Below are positions 1 through 13,144 of a DNA stretch of 64,000 nt, piece by piece. Under the pieces are notes generated by a model, which saw only the letters and a program-made list of their open reading frames with translations, had not been told where the DNA came from and ran no database searches. The DNA lies in NCBI RefSeq assembly GCF_036971445.1, contig NC_091471.1, forward strand, positions 264,740,001 to 264,804,000. The letters run 5' to 3'. Origin of the DNA: Narcine bancroftii. Its lineage: Eukaryota. Each line of letters opens with the position of its first letter. Position 1 is the first letter of the stretch. The translations under genes were made by a program, and so were the position numbers.

Positions 1-40
1 GAGTACTTTTCGTAGTTCATTTGTTGAGTGTAGAATTTAA

Positions 41-226
<186 letters not shown>

Positions 227-1925
227 TATGCTTCAGCTACCCACTTCAAAATTCCCATCTTTCTTGGCTGTGCTTTGTAGTGTTGTAATTGCTTCTGTCT
301 TGTCCTGTGATTGAAATTCTGTCCAAAAAATGTAATGGTAGAGTTCATTCCTTTTTGCAGATGGAATATCCCTTTTAATGTGATTACATTGCATGTACGT
401 CTATTCTTTTGCTTGTAATTAAGAAAACATTCAAGACTATGTTGAGCAATACTTTATGTACATTTTTTTAAGACAAAGAAACACATGCCCCTTCTACATT
501 TCATTATCAAGTGTAAGCTTGTGCATATTTATGGTCTGTCATTAAATTTCAAAATGAAAAGATCCAGACTGCAACATGTTCAAACTGGAACATTTTTTAT
601 AAAGCTATGGAGGCCTTTATATCCTGTTAAAGTATTTATATCTTCTGCTTTTGAATCTTTTCAAAGGAAAATAGTTCCTATTCCATGCAGCTAAGGGAAA
701 GTAAATCTATTGATTGTAACTAAATTATAGCCTATGTAGCTACCAAGTGCTGCTTTGCCCTGAATAGTTAGTAGCCAAGCACATTTCCCAAAGCATGTAA
801 AAATCCATCCACAAAGCCTGTCAGCAATTTCACCTTGCACTTGCCTGTGCAAGAAACAAAATCCTGTTCACAGCAAGGTTGAATGAGAAGTGTTGTGTTT
901 GGAAGAAAAAATTTCCAGTTGGATTTTTGTTCAATCGTGCGCATTTTTCACTTTGGATTGATTTGGCTGGCCTTCATTTTTACTACTCCCCTTGCCCCAA
1001 CACTACACTGACCACACCAAATCCCTATCAACACTATTGTCCACTAAAGAACTACCATTGTCTTGCTTCTAAACACCTGCTCCAAAGCTTCACCAGCTTA
1101 GTGACTGACCATTTTATTCCCTCCATTCTTTCACCCCTCTCTCTCTTCCTCCTCTTTCACAAACACTCACACACACCCCAAGAATGCTTTGGTGACTGAC
1201 ACATTGGAACAATGGGCTCTCAAAGTTTTAGAGCACACTATTACTTCCTTAGCACTAATAGGTCCTGGAGTCTGTTAAGTGCAACCACTTTGTAAATATG
1301 TATTGTCACTTAATTGTGCATGATTATTTGTGGATAAACATGTTGCCAAACATTTGTGTGAGTCTCTGTGCTGCACCACTAATCAGACAGTTTAAAAGAA
1401 TTCAAGATAGACTTGGTTATTTTTGAAAAGCTGCTGGAAATCTATGTTGTTTTTTTCAAAATTGAAGTACTTCTACCAAGGGCTTTGTACTTAATCAGTT
1501 TGAAATGCTGATTGGAAAAGAATTCCATTTTTAAACCATCAACTTTGATCACACCCTGTATTGCAAATGTAAAGTATGAAGAAATTACTTGTGTACACTG
1601 ATCAAGCAACTTTTGTTATGGAAGCACATAACTGACCATTTGGTGTCCATGTATCCACAACAATTAAGGCAGAGATAATGCAATAAGCTACAGCAAACAG
1701 GATTGAGAATTAAAATTCAGAATGTTCCTAAATTTATGGGTTTCTACTTTGACCGCCACTCAAAACCCAGAATCTCAGATATTTAACCTGGTTTGAAATA
1801 AATCAAACAAGTAATTTTATGTTGCAAGGAGCTGTTTTAAGTACTGTGGTTCTCAATGCCTGCTATCCACTAATATTTCACATAGTTTCATTTCCTTTAA
1901 TAAAAGAAAAATACTGCCTTAAACT
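227..1925 (+). other. RAB11B: Probable RAB11B 3'UTR with candidate poly(A) signals
   Basis: AT-rich, repeat-free sequence after the stop. AATAAA at 1797-1802 and 1899-1904; Pumilio-type TGTAAATA at 1291-1298. The end point is inferred. Confidence 0.55.
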
Positions 1926-2057
1926 ACTGAATGGTGATTCTTAAATTCCAGAACCCTTGCCCCAATTTCATGGCAATGTACATGGTGACCCTTTGGACCC
2001 TTATATGAACCAGAAAACTGCTCTGGTGACTGCCAGGGTGGAGATACGTGATGGGCT

Positions 2058-3024
2058 TGTTAGGAGCCCAGAAGACCCAAAACCCAGCAGCCATAGATAT
2101 TTACCAAGACAAATGGTTACTTAAAAAAGTTGCTTTTAATCATCTTTAAACATGAAAACAGAATCAACTTTAACTTTGCACTATTAACTTAACCCCCCCC
2201 TTCTAATTGTAAGTCCACATTTATGTAATTGTGCAAGTTCAGAAAAGTTCTTTGATTCACAGTCCAATCTCACCTCATTCCTCCAAGTTCACTGGTTGCA
2301 GGCAATTCTGATACTGTGCACAGAATAAAACGTGTATAAAGTTCACCAGACTTTGGTGCTTGAAAGGTAAATGGTTACCACTCAGGAAGGTTCATTGGTT
2401 TTCAGAGAGATTTGCTGTTCCTGGACACAAACTGACCCCTTTTAATCAGCCACATCAGTGTCTTACCAAAGAAACTTCCCCCATCAGGGCAAGAGATGAT
2501 AATCTCTTTCTTAAAGGTCACCACAGAGTTCCTTTTTGTTTCCCTCATTTCAAATGAAACATTAGGCAGCCAGTCCTCTCTTGTATGGACCACAAGGGCT
2601 TTGACCAGGCTGAACTAAGCACTCACAACCAGGTTTCAAAATTGTGATTTTCACAAGCTTGTCAGCTTGTCTTGTTCCAGTCCCACCTGCTGCTGACTGT
2701 TAAACTGCAGTACTGATCTCTCTCACACACAAAGCCTGTTTTTCTCTCTGCATGCAAAACCACATGACTTTCTTAGAACTGCAGCTCTGAACCTACTCCT
2801 CCTCAGAGTTCTTTCATCTATTACTTTTCAAAACAGCAATCCATTAGTGAAGTTTCTTGGGCACTCTTCAAAAGTTTTTGCAAAGGCTCTTGGAGCCAGC
2901 CTGTCTAGCTTGAGCAGAGCTCCAGTATTTTAAATGAGATCTGTTTTGAAGTGTTTGAATGTGACCCACACTAAAAAAACCTGCCCCAATTTATCTCCCA
3001 AAAACATATCAATAATCTGCCACA
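2058..3024 (-). mobile_element. Probable solo LTR
   Basis: Bounded by TGT...ACA with a near-identical 4-bp flank (ggct 2054-2057 / agct 3025-3028). ATTAAA on the - strand near the left end; no internal ORF. Confidence 0.5.
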
Positions 3025-4139
3025 AGCTACACATGTATACTAGTGCCGAGAGTATCTTGCACCTGATAAGGTTCTTCCCTGTTATTGACAAGGAGCACTG
3101 CAACCACTGACCCAATTTCTGGTGGACCTCTGCATCCACTCTGTCCAACCAGATCCCCAGCACATTTCAGTCAAATCTGATTGTGATGAGGTACCAGTCA
3201 GACAAGTTGCTGAAGAGTATTGCCTCATTCTTCCATTTCACCCTGGATCCCTAGGAGATCCTTATGCACTCCTGCTTCTCTATCTCCTGGGTCTGAGAGG
3301 GTAAAAACAGCCTTTGCACTGCTTGCTCCTGGTTCCCCCAGAGCTGGGGGGAGGGAACAGCCTCTGCTCAGTACAGAGGATTGATGGCTTGCCTTGATCC
3401 AAGTTCTGGGTTGAGAACTCCAGCAGCAGTTTACTCTTCTGAAGGAAGGACCTGGAGTAGTTTTCTTTAGCCATTTCCTTTTATTTGATACACAAACATA
3501 ATAGGTCTATCACCTCAGCAGCGGATCCAGGAGCTCCATCAACAGACAAATGCATCAGTTTACATTCTCCAACACAGCCTGATGTTAACAAATTACAATA
3601 CAGTCCTCCTCCCATACAGTAAGTATTATCCCATCAGAATTATGCTATGCAATGTTGTGGACCAGATACTGGTTCCCTTCCCTCAGGTAATTTTACAGTT
3701 TCAATTCCCTCAATTCTCGTAAGTCACAATTTCAGAAAAATTAGAGCAAGAGGAATTTTATCAGCTAGGCTGTTGCGAGGCTACACACATTCTGGGGTTC
3801 CCCCCTCACTGTCTATGGGTATTTGCAACCATTCCAGCATTATTAATCAATTTGTATTAATATTTTTGTTAATTAATTTGTTTAAGGGCACTACTATATC
3901 TCACCTCAGAAGCAGGATCATGGAAAGAATCTTGGTTACGTGCATTGATTATGGCCTTCCTTCAATGTACCTCATAATAGCATGAAAATCAGTGATCCAA
4001 TGAATTGCAAAAGCAAATGACAGTGTTTCAATTTGCATAAGTTAGCTGGTACAGCTATTTCCAAAATTCAGGAGGCTGGGAAGATCTATACCCAATTTAT
4101 CAGAAAAGGCATGTATTTAATGAGTGAAACATAAACATC

Positions 4140-4413
4140 TGCAGACACTGAGTGTCGTAAAAACGCACAGAAAAATGTTGGAGGGACTCAGCTGATCTTG
4201 CAGTGACAATAGGAGACAAAGATGTATTGCCAATGTATCTGGCCTGAGCCTTTCAAAAAATAAGCAAAGAGACAGTGCTAACTGAGGGAGGAGTCTGAAC
4301 CAACAAAAGGTGCCAATTGGATGATAAGGGGAGAGGTGAGAATTGATTATGTCCATGTGAAAGGACAGGGAAACAAAGAAAAACAGAACTGGGGAAAGGC
4401 AATGGGAAGAGGT

Positions 4414-4444
<31 letters not shown>

Positions 4445-4865
4445 GGTGGTTAAACAAAACCCAGAGAAGTCCATGTTAATGCCATCAGGTTGTAGGGTTC
4501 CCAGGCAGAAGATGGATATTGTTCCTCCAATTTGTGAGTGGTTTCAGACTGGCAGTGCATGAGGACATGGTCAGTTCAGCAAGTTAATGGGGTGTTAAAT
4601 TGAAATAGGTGGCCATGGGGAGATCCACACTATTGTGGCAGACAGATCAAAGCTTCTCAACAAAGTGATCTCCTCATCTGTGCCCAGTCTCTCTGACGTA
4701 GGAGACACTACAGTGGGAGCACTGGATGTAGTTGATGACCCCTGCAGATTCACAGCTGAAATGTTGCTTCACTTGGTGGTGAGGGAGGAGGTGTGGCCGC
4801 AAGTGGAGCATCTCCTGCGTTCACAGTGGAAGGAGCCAAGGGGACAATTGGTGGGGAGGGAGGAG
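4140..4865 (-). mobile_element. Penelope-like element fragment (GIY-YIG remnant plus 3' region)
   Basis: The - strand gives degenerate CERRRCSTC...FSCESAGVINYIQCSHCSVSYVRETG, a GIY-YIG endonuclease pattern. Similar copies occur at ~29400, ~30300 and ~49815. Confidence 0.7.
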
Positions 4866-4885
4866 TACATTCATTGAATCAAGTC

Positions 4886-5029
4886 CTAATGCAGAAAAAA
4901 AATTACTCATTTGGAAACAGTTCTAAAGGAAAAGACCACAGATTATTGTACAAATCTTGGTGACATCAAAAAAACAAGGTTCTTTTCCTTTGGAACGGTT
5001 TCCAATTGAGTAATTTTTTTCTGTATTAG
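4886..5029. repeat. ~50-bp inverted repeat with ~45-bp spacer
   Basis: 4886-4935 ctaatgcagaaaaaaaattactcatttggaaacagttctaaaggaaaaga versus the reverse complement of 4981-5029 ctaatacagaaaaaaattactcaattggaaaccgttccaaaggaaaaga. Confidence 0.85.
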
Positions 5030-5834
5030 TGACGATGCAATAATCTAATTTTATTATTCCACATTGAGCTTTCTCCCAGTGGTGAGGAAACACGTGAAGA
5101 GCCAATTGCCATAATTGGCTCCACAAAATACGCAAGTACAATTTCAAGCTAGCAACAATGGCTTCATAGCTCTTGAAGCATCTGAAAGAGTAGTATGGAA
5201 AATAGTTTGCAGATTCATGGGTTGAAGTTACACGAGCACGATCTGTGCAAGACATGAAAATTTAAATTACTTTGGGGACCAGCTTACTAAATCCTTCAAA
5301 CCAGTTGCCCTTCAGCACCCAAAAACACAAGGTGCTGAAGATGAAAAGGGCACTGCCAATACATCAAATCCTTGAAAGTTAACAATGATCAAAAATATCA
5401 ACTTGAAAACTTCTGCTGATTTTCTTCCAAAAATACTGTTCAGAATAAATGATTTTTAAAAGAAAGCCAAGTCTCTTCACAACCCTAGCATCTGTCCCAT
5501 CATTCTCATCATTATATATTGTTACATACGCTCTCTATTTGCACCACTATGGCATCTTGTCATTATGCCCCTTGGTCTCAGCCCCTCAATACTCAGATAC
5601 AGAGACTAAACCAAATAGAACATTGGCTAATTGGTGTCTTTGAGCAGCACAGGCTTGTGGGCTGGAAGGGACAGTTACTGTCCTGCATCTCTCTAAAAAA
5701 AAATTCCATTGAAGAGGATAAATCAATGAGATTAATGTTACAAAGTTGCCAGCAAGAGAAAACAGTTGGTTTTTTGGATAGTTTCTTTTGCAAGGCTAGT
5801 GTTAAGACACCTGATTGATACAAAGGAACAGCAG

Positions 5835-5975
5835 ACCTGTCAGCGCAACACTCTTAGTGCCAGCAACTTGAGTTCGAATGCAGTGCTGTCTGTAAGGAGG
5901 TTGCATGTTCTTCCCGCGTGTGCAGGTTTTCCTCTCATTGTTCGAAAGTCAAATGGGTGTATTGGGAAGGGCTGT
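5835..5975 (+). mobile_element. tRNA-derived V-SINE-like SINE fragment
   Basis: B-box-like gagttcgaatgc followed by gtctgtaaggaggttgcatgttcttcccgcgtgtgcaggttttcc, homologous to the copies at 31196 and 62255. Confidence 0.6.
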
Positions 5976-8078
5976 GGCTGTCATGTGTGGTTCCAAAATT
6001 TGTTCAAACATTGTGACTTTCTAAAAATTATATGTTATTTTTTCCAGTGGAATAGATTTATTCATTTTCATGTACCATTGGCGTATACTCATGCTCTCAT
6101 CCATTTTCCAAATTGACATTATACATTTTTTTTGCTATCGCTAAGGCCATCATAATGATTTTTTTCCCCCCATTTTATCCAATTTGAGGGCTAATTCTGT
6201 ACTATTTTAAGTTACTTAAAAGAAATATCTCTGGTTTTTTAGTATGTTATTTTTTGTAATTTTATTTAGTATCTGATTTAATTCTTCTCAAAATGTTCTT
6301 GCATATATCTTTTCCACTTCTTTGCCACCTACATCCCCCTTTTCATCTCTTAGTTTTCTCTTATTACACTTAATATTACACACATTTAAAACAAAGTACC
6401 CCCGCAGTTCCCCCATCCACTAATACCTTAACCCCAAAGTGACCCCCCCCCCGAGTTGCCCCATACCCCTTGCTGAGCAACCACAACTCCCCTTTTCATT
6501 TGGGTTGCCATCTTGTTTGCAGCGTCAACTGATTTTGCAGTGATGGTTATTCCCCCTCGACCCAGCCCTCCCCAGAAAACACTAAAGAAAAACACAAAGC
6601 TCTCTCTTCCCCCCCCACCCCTTACTCCCTTCCTTCCCTTTCTTTAGTTCTTTACATATTACATTGTTTTTACATCTTTATATATACTTTATCACCATTC
6701 TTCATTATTACACCTCTTCTCCCGTCCTGCAAATTTTTGCGCTTTTTCTCGATCTGAGAACAATCTGCTTTGCTCCCTGAGTATAAATATTTTAAGCACG
6801 GCTGGATGTCTTAATATGAATTTGGAACCTTTTTTCCATAAAGTTGATTTTGCTGTATTAAATTCCTTCCTCCTCTTAAAGAGGAGTTCAAAACTTAATG
6901 TCTGGGTAAAAAAATATTTTTTGACCCTTGTATTCCAATGGTTTATTATCTTCTCTAACTTTATTCCTTGCCTGTTCCAGTATATTTTCTCTTGTCGTGT
7001 ATCTCAAAAATTTTACTAAGATGGATCTTGATTTTTGATGTGCTTGTGGTTTCGGAGCTAATGCCCTTTCTATTTCCATTTCTTCCTGCATTTGTCATTC
7101 CCAGGACCTTCGGGATCCATCCTTTTATAAATTCCTTCATTTCTGTGCCTTCTTCAGACCTACTATTTTTATGTTGTTTCACCTACTACAATTTTCCAAC
7201 ATTTTCTGAGATAACAGCTCTTGTGTCTCTAATTTTTTTTGTCACTTTCTACCAATTTTTCTCTTCCATTTCTAGAGCCATTTCCCCCTCTTCCACATTC
7301 TCTACTCTTTTCCCTATTTCTGTCATTACCAGTTCTAACCTTTGCATTTTATCTTCCGTTCTTTTCATTTTCCTTTAATTGCATTAAACTCTAATAACCA
7401 TTCTTTTAGTGATCTCATTTGCTCTTCAAAAAATACTTTATCCATATTCTGTTCTATCTTCCATTTCTCTGTGAAGATCTTGGTCTTCTTGTGTCTCTTC
7501 TGTTTTTCCTGATGAGCTGCTTTTATCTCTTTGCCGGGCCTCTAGTATGCTGTTCCTCCACCTCTTGACATTGGTCCTCTTGATGATCATTCCTCTGTCT
7601 TCCACGTCTGTTTCGTCACACCCTCTTCTGCTGTCTTCCTTACCCTCCAGCTGAGAGCCCTGGTGTAGGGCGTCTCTCAGCTGCTCGATCTGTGACAGCC
7701 CACTCTGCTGAGCACCCCTCCCACCGGTGTCCTTTCTCCTCTGATTGCACATTTTTGTTTGGCTCCGAGAGCCATTTTTGTAGTGTACCAGCTGGGGGGT
7801 GGGGGGGGGGGGGAAAATTGCAACTCTGCAGAGCAGGTGCTGACCTCGAGGGTTGGGCACTCCTCGTCACCACAGCGTCCTATTCCTTCTTGCAGGAAGG
7901 GCCTTCTTCTCCAGTGACTTTTTTCCCCAGCTGTTCTTTCTTTCTCCTTCTTGGAAGCCATCTTCTCTCTTCTCTTTATCTTCTATTTCTTGTACTTTGT
8001 TCTTGTATGCTTTGCTTTTTCCATTTTCGTGGAGAGGGCTGGTTTTCCCAAACCGGCCACTATTCCATCACGTGACTC
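5975..8078 (-). mobile_element. Internally deleted (ORF2-less, HAL1-like) L1 derivative, older subfamily
   Basis: The 5' end gagtcacgtgatggaatagtggccgg matches the L1 5' end at 47938. Degenerate ORF1 follows (MQEEMEIERALAPKPQ...KPLEYKGQKIFFYPDI), then the inter-ORF spacer. At ~6298 it joins directly to sequence homologous only to the ORF2 C-terminus (42275-42585 of the full copy). No EN or RT. Confidence 0.8.
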
Positions 8079-8224
8079 TTTCCAATTTGAAGCATCTTGA
8101 AGAACAACCATCTTCTCCCCTCCTTCCACTTTGGGATGTAGTTTATGGATTTTGGGCTGGTGATCACATTTTAAAAAACAATTAGATACAACCTGTTTTT
8201 GTTATTTCCTGACATATTAATATA

Positions 8225-9200
8225 TTGCCCATTCAGAGCCAGCTCTTCAGCGCTTGACGTCCTGCTTTGCGGAAACTGCCAAAATGTTTGGCCTGGAAGT
8301 CAGCCTGAAGAAAACTGAGGTCCTCCATCAGCCAGCTCCCCACCATGACTACCAGCCCCCCCACATCTCCATCGGTCACACAAAACTCAAAACGGTCAAC
8401 CAGTTTACCTATCTTGGCTGCACCATTTCATCAGATGCAAGGATCGACAATGAGATAGACAACAGACTCGCCAAGGCAAATAGCGCCTTTGGAAGACTAC
8501 ACAAAAGAGTCTGGAAAAACAACCAACTGAAAAACCTCACAAAGATAAGCGTATACAGAGCCGTTGTCATACCCACACTCCTGTTCGGCTCCGAATCATG
8601 GGTCCTCTACCGGCACCACCTACGGCTCCTAGAACGCTTCCACCAGCGTTGTCTCCGCTCCATCCTCAACATCCATTGGAGCACTTACACCCCTAACGTC
8701 GAAGTACTCGAGATGGCAGAGGTCGACAGCATCGAGTCCACGCTTATGAAGATCCAGCTGCGCTGGATGGGTCACGTCTCCAGAATGGAGGACCATCGCC
8801 TTCCCAAGATCGTATTATATGGCGAGCTCACCACTGGCCACCGTGACAGAGGTGCACCAAAGAAAAGGTACAAGGACTGCCTAAAGAAATCTCTTGGTGC
8901 CTGCCCCATTGACCACCGCCAGTGGGCTGATAACGCCTCAAACCGTGCATCTTGGCGCCTCACAGTTTGGCGGGCAGCAACCTCCTTTGAAGAAGACCGC
9001 AGAGCCCACCTCACTGACAAAAGGCAAAGGAGGAAAAACCCAACACCCAACCCCAACCAACCAATTTTCCCTTGCAACCGCTGCAATCGTGTCTGCCTGT
9101 CCCGCATCGGACTTGTCAGCCACAAACGAGCCTGCAGCTGACGTGGACTTTTTACCCCCTCCATAAATCTTCGTCCGCGAAGCCAAGCCAAAGAGAAGAA
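8225..9200 (+). mobile_element. RTE-clade LINE, 5'-truncated, young
   Basis: ORF 8254-9141 is an uninterrupted RT C-terminal region (FTYLG, GSESW, QLRWMGHV, C-terminal CxxC...H). GAA-type tail; 13-bp TSD aatatattgccca at 8219-8231 and 9199-9211. Confidence 0.93.
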
Positions 9201-9269
9201 TATATTGCCCACAAAGCAAGCCATTTTGGTCAGTCCAAGCAGGTGGTATCCAAATGTTGTCTCAAGCCT

Positions 9270-9750
9270 GGGCATGCATGGAAGACATTTAAAATGAGAA
9301 TTTTCTTGGCAACCACTGAGCACTAAACTGCATCCAAGCTGATTAAAAACATGCTTCAAGCAGACAAAACCATGGTGTGCAACATGTCATTGAAGATTCA
9401 TTTCTGCATTCGTACTTAGACTTATTCCTTGCTGATTTTGGCATAGTCAGTGAAGAACAAAGTGAAAGATTTCACCAGGGCATAGCGACCATGGAAAAGC
9501 AGTATCAGGGCAATTAGAATCCATCAATACTGGCCAACTATTGTTGGACACTGACATGAGAGGCATCAGATGCTGAGCACAAACGAAAATCAGCAGCCAA
9601 ACATTTTTAGTTCAGTTAATGCAATGTGTCAACGTCATTATTACCAAATTCAATAAAAGTGAATCTAATTGCATGTTTAATGTTTCTCTATCTTTCTACA
9701 TGATACAGCAAATTTGAAATTATCTTTGTGCTCATCTTAAAGTTGTCTAT
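9270..9750 (+). mobile_element. Chapaev-type (CMC) DNA transposase C-terminal remnant
   Basis: Degenerate translation ENFLGNH...CNMSLKIH(F)LHSYLDLFLADFGIVSEEQSERFHQGIATMEKQYQGN*NPSILANYCWTL, resembling the Chapaev3 motif MSLKIHFLHSHLDFFP...GERFHQDI...RYQGKW...LADYCW (recalled from family knowledge). Confidence 0.7.
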
Positions 9751-11639
9751 TATTGATATGACATAGACCAGCAGCAATAATTCACGACAATGGCATCTTC
9801 CAAACAATTTTTAATTAATAAGGTGTGTGCACACACATATGTTCAAAAGGTACAATTGAGGCACAATTCTGAAGAGATTATTTTAAAGTTATCTTACAAA
9901 TCTTTTGTATTGAAACTCAGTCTTTAAACTGCGGTTTGAAAGTTATCAAACTCACAGATTTGCTTTCAGAATATTTCTTCACGTGAAGGACTTCACAAAT
10001 TCCCCACTCTTGTGGTTTCGGAACGTTTTTCACAATTATTTCATAAACTCAGGCAAGGGTTAAATGAAATGAACCTTACAAATGGACATGAACTGCCCTC
10101 TCTTGACAAAGACAGTCAAAATGGCCCTTTCCTTCAAAGCCACTGATACGGTGTTCCTTTGCCATCAAAGGGATAATATACAACAGTACCTCTCTCATTG
10201 AGTTACTGCATCTAACTTCAGATGAAGCATGGTTCAACATTAAATATGCCTTCTTGAAGTGTCCCAATCATATATGAAATGGTAGTGCTGCCTGGGAGAG
10301 TGCAGCTCTGAAGGGTTCAACCATTAGTCCCAATGCAGGCAGCTCTATGTGGGTGCTAAACAGCCTGTTTTGAAACTAAAATTCTTCACCATGGATCTGT
10401 GACCAAGATGGCAGTGCTTGTGCTAGACAGCGGCAACTAGGGTTGCAAACTTCAGGGAGCAGCGGAGAGCACCAAAAAAAATGGTCATAACGCCCTCTGT
10501 TGAGAAGAAAAAGCAGAGAAGACAACCCTACAGGATGGTGAACACAACAGTGGACTAGTGAGAGGGTCAATGTCTGAGGGACCCAGACGTGTTCAGGGAA
10601 TCCACACAAACAGCAAGAGACTGGTTGGTTACTGGGTGTCAGAACCAGGATTCAAGGGTGCTGAGGGCAAGGGGCCCCTGAAGTGCTTTGGGCATTGGAA
10701 GCTTCCTGAACACGTCAGAGGTTTGAATCTGTAGCTCAGGTTGTTGATGGATCAAACCGGATGGAGTCTTAGCTGGAGAAGCTGTGGGAGCACTGGAGGC
10801 AAATCCAGACGCACAGCAACTCCAAACGGACTCTTTTGCTTTTCTTTCTCTCGTACTGTAAGGGGCACTGGACAACACTAATGGGGACTCTTTGTCTGCC
10901 TTACAGCAACTAGAAGGCAAATTTGTGTATAAAGTTCTGTACTATTACATGACAATAATCTTGAAAGTCCAAATGTACAAATCTTTTAGCACACATTTTG
11001 TAAATTGATAATCACAGCCTTCCCTTAGACTCCCTTGTTCTCCTTTCCTCTCTTCCCCCCACCCCCTCAAATTTTGGAAGAATGGAACTTAGCAGCAGAG
11101 CAGCATCAGGATAACACATATCAGTGGTTAAACAGGCAGCTTTTTAAAGTGTCAATGTGACACAAGTGGAAAATTCACATGAAATAACATTTAATACTAA
11201 AAAATCTCTGCTTTGAAATAGAAAATCAACTCCCTACCACAACCAGACCCTGACAAGACACCATTCCTGCCCAGGAATCCAAGGCAACATCTTGTATGCA
11301 GACCGCACCACATCAGATTTTGAGAATGGAGCCGCCGATTCCAGCTGCAACCGAAGCTGAAAACTTGGGACTCAGCTCAGTTTGGCATCTTCCCAGCCAG
11401 AAGCAAAGTTTTCTTTTTTAAAAAAAACTGTTATTCTAATCAAACTGGGACCAACAGAGTCAGAACCCCACATGGGCAAGTCAGGTGTTGAACTTTTTCG
11501 ACTTGTGTGATATATCAGCACTAAATCATTTTTTTCCAGTTTTCTGATCATCCAATAAGGGGCACTCAACCTGTATCACTAAGCCAATGAGAAAGCTGGA
11601 CCATTACAACACAATTTCTTTGCAATATAGTGGAAAAAA

Positions 11640-11870
11640 TTGGAAATTGATTGTGTGAACACAATCCAGTCCTAATCAACGGCTCAGTATTGGAGAGGGT
11701 GCATGGAGCCTCCATGTGGATGCAATCACAAAGGTGGCTCACCAGCAGCTATACTTTGAGGTGTTTGAGGAGATTTGATAAGTCACCAGACTCTCAAACT
11801 TCTGCAGGGGCATCATGGAGAGCACTCTGGCTGGTTGCATCGCTGTCTGGTATCGAGGTGCAAATCTCAG
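11640..11870 (+). mobile_element. Degraded L2/CR1-group LINE fragment
   Basis: Remnant RT C-terminal sequence (INGSVLERV; LRCLRRF; gcatcatggagagcactctggctggttgcatcgctgtctggtat). Confidence 0.55.
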
Positions 11871-12689
11871 GACAAAACAATCAAAATTTCAAATGCATTA
11901 TGGGAGAATTGTACTAGCGGTAGCTATATAGCTGTTACATGGAAGGTCGACTCTCCTCTCTCCCCACCCCGGAAAAGCTAACTTGTAATCTTAGAAAGAA
12001 ATAGGACAGGTTTTTATTTTAAAACTATGGCAAGCTTATTTGAATCATACTGGCTTAAGGATAATAATTAACTTCCCCAAAAAAGTTTAAATAATAGTTA
12101 ACTTAATAGCATTGAATTCCTGAAGATCAAAAGTTATGGACTAATTAATGAAGGCATGCTCAAACATCCCTTTTTCAGACTTTTTAAAATTAATGTCAGC
12201 AGTTGGGAAGGAGGTGTGGTGATATTTGGGCAGTTATGAGACTATGCAATGTATTATACAAGTCTTGGAAAAAATTAAAATATTCCAAAAATCTCAGGAC
12301 AAGAAAAAACAACTTGTCTGTGGTTGAAGTTTAATACAAAAGCAAATGCAACATCACGTGCACCAGACCACATCTCCATGAGGCAGTGTCTATATATAAA
12401 AAAAAGCAGCCTCTATCCTCAGACATTCTTCCAGCCACCACCCCGCCACATCAGGAAAAAGGTATAGGGGCCGAAAGATTAGCACTCAACTTCTTTCCCA
12501 CCGCCATCATGTTCTGAATAACCAATGAACCAAAGACACTGCCCTCTTTTTATTGCATTTATTGTAATAGGATGGTTTATAACATGAATATTTGCACTGT
12601 TGCTGATGTAAAACACCAGATTTCATGACTTGCTCATGAAATAAATCTTAAGATATCACAGCATATTGTTACTTTTTCAAGATCATACA

Positions 12690-13120
12690 ATGGAATATTG
12701 CATTCAGTTCTGGTCACTTCATTGCAAGGATGTGGAAGCTTTGGAGATGGTGCACAGATTTACCAGGATGATATCTGGTTTGGAGAACATTTGGAGTGTT
12801 GGATAAGTGAGCAGTGGACAAGATTATGACAGGCATAAATAGGGTGTACAGTCGGTTCCCTTTTCTCCAGGAAAAAAAAACCAGAGGACATTTGTTTAAG
12901 TTGAGTGAAGTTTGGAGGAGATATCAGGGGTAATATATATTTTTTTCCTTCAGAGTAGTGGGTGCCTGGAGTGCATTACCAGGGGTGGTGGAGGCTGGTG
13001 CAATAGGGTAATTTAAAAGGCACATGGACACAAGAAACAGGATAATGAGTGTTAGGTAGGGAAGGTTTAAATTGTTGAGTAGGTCACCACATCAATGGAC
13101 GAAGGCTCTGTATTATAATG
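12690..13120 (+). mobile_element. CR1-type LINE 3' fragment
   Basis: tggaatattgcattcagttctggtcac (EYCIQFWS) ... ccagaggaca ... gagtagtgggtgcctggagtgcattacca, typical of a CR1 ORF2 end and 3'UTR. Confidence 0.7.
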
Positions 13121-13144
13121 TTATAAAAAGACACTTTAAACCAC

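Noticed and set aside
4923-5255. 110-aa minus-strand ORF as TIMM13 or another gene
   Set aside because: No twin CX3C motif or other homology; it overlaps the inverted repeat.
8772-9359. Antisense and alternative-frame ORFs over RTE copies (also 26455-26812, 27924-28194, 48386-48870)
   Set aside because: Shadow frames of the RTE ORF, repeated only because the element is repeated.
9755-11015. Possible second solo LTR interrupted by a LINE fragment
   Set aside because: Some resemblance to 2058-3024, but I could not fix the termini or a TSD.
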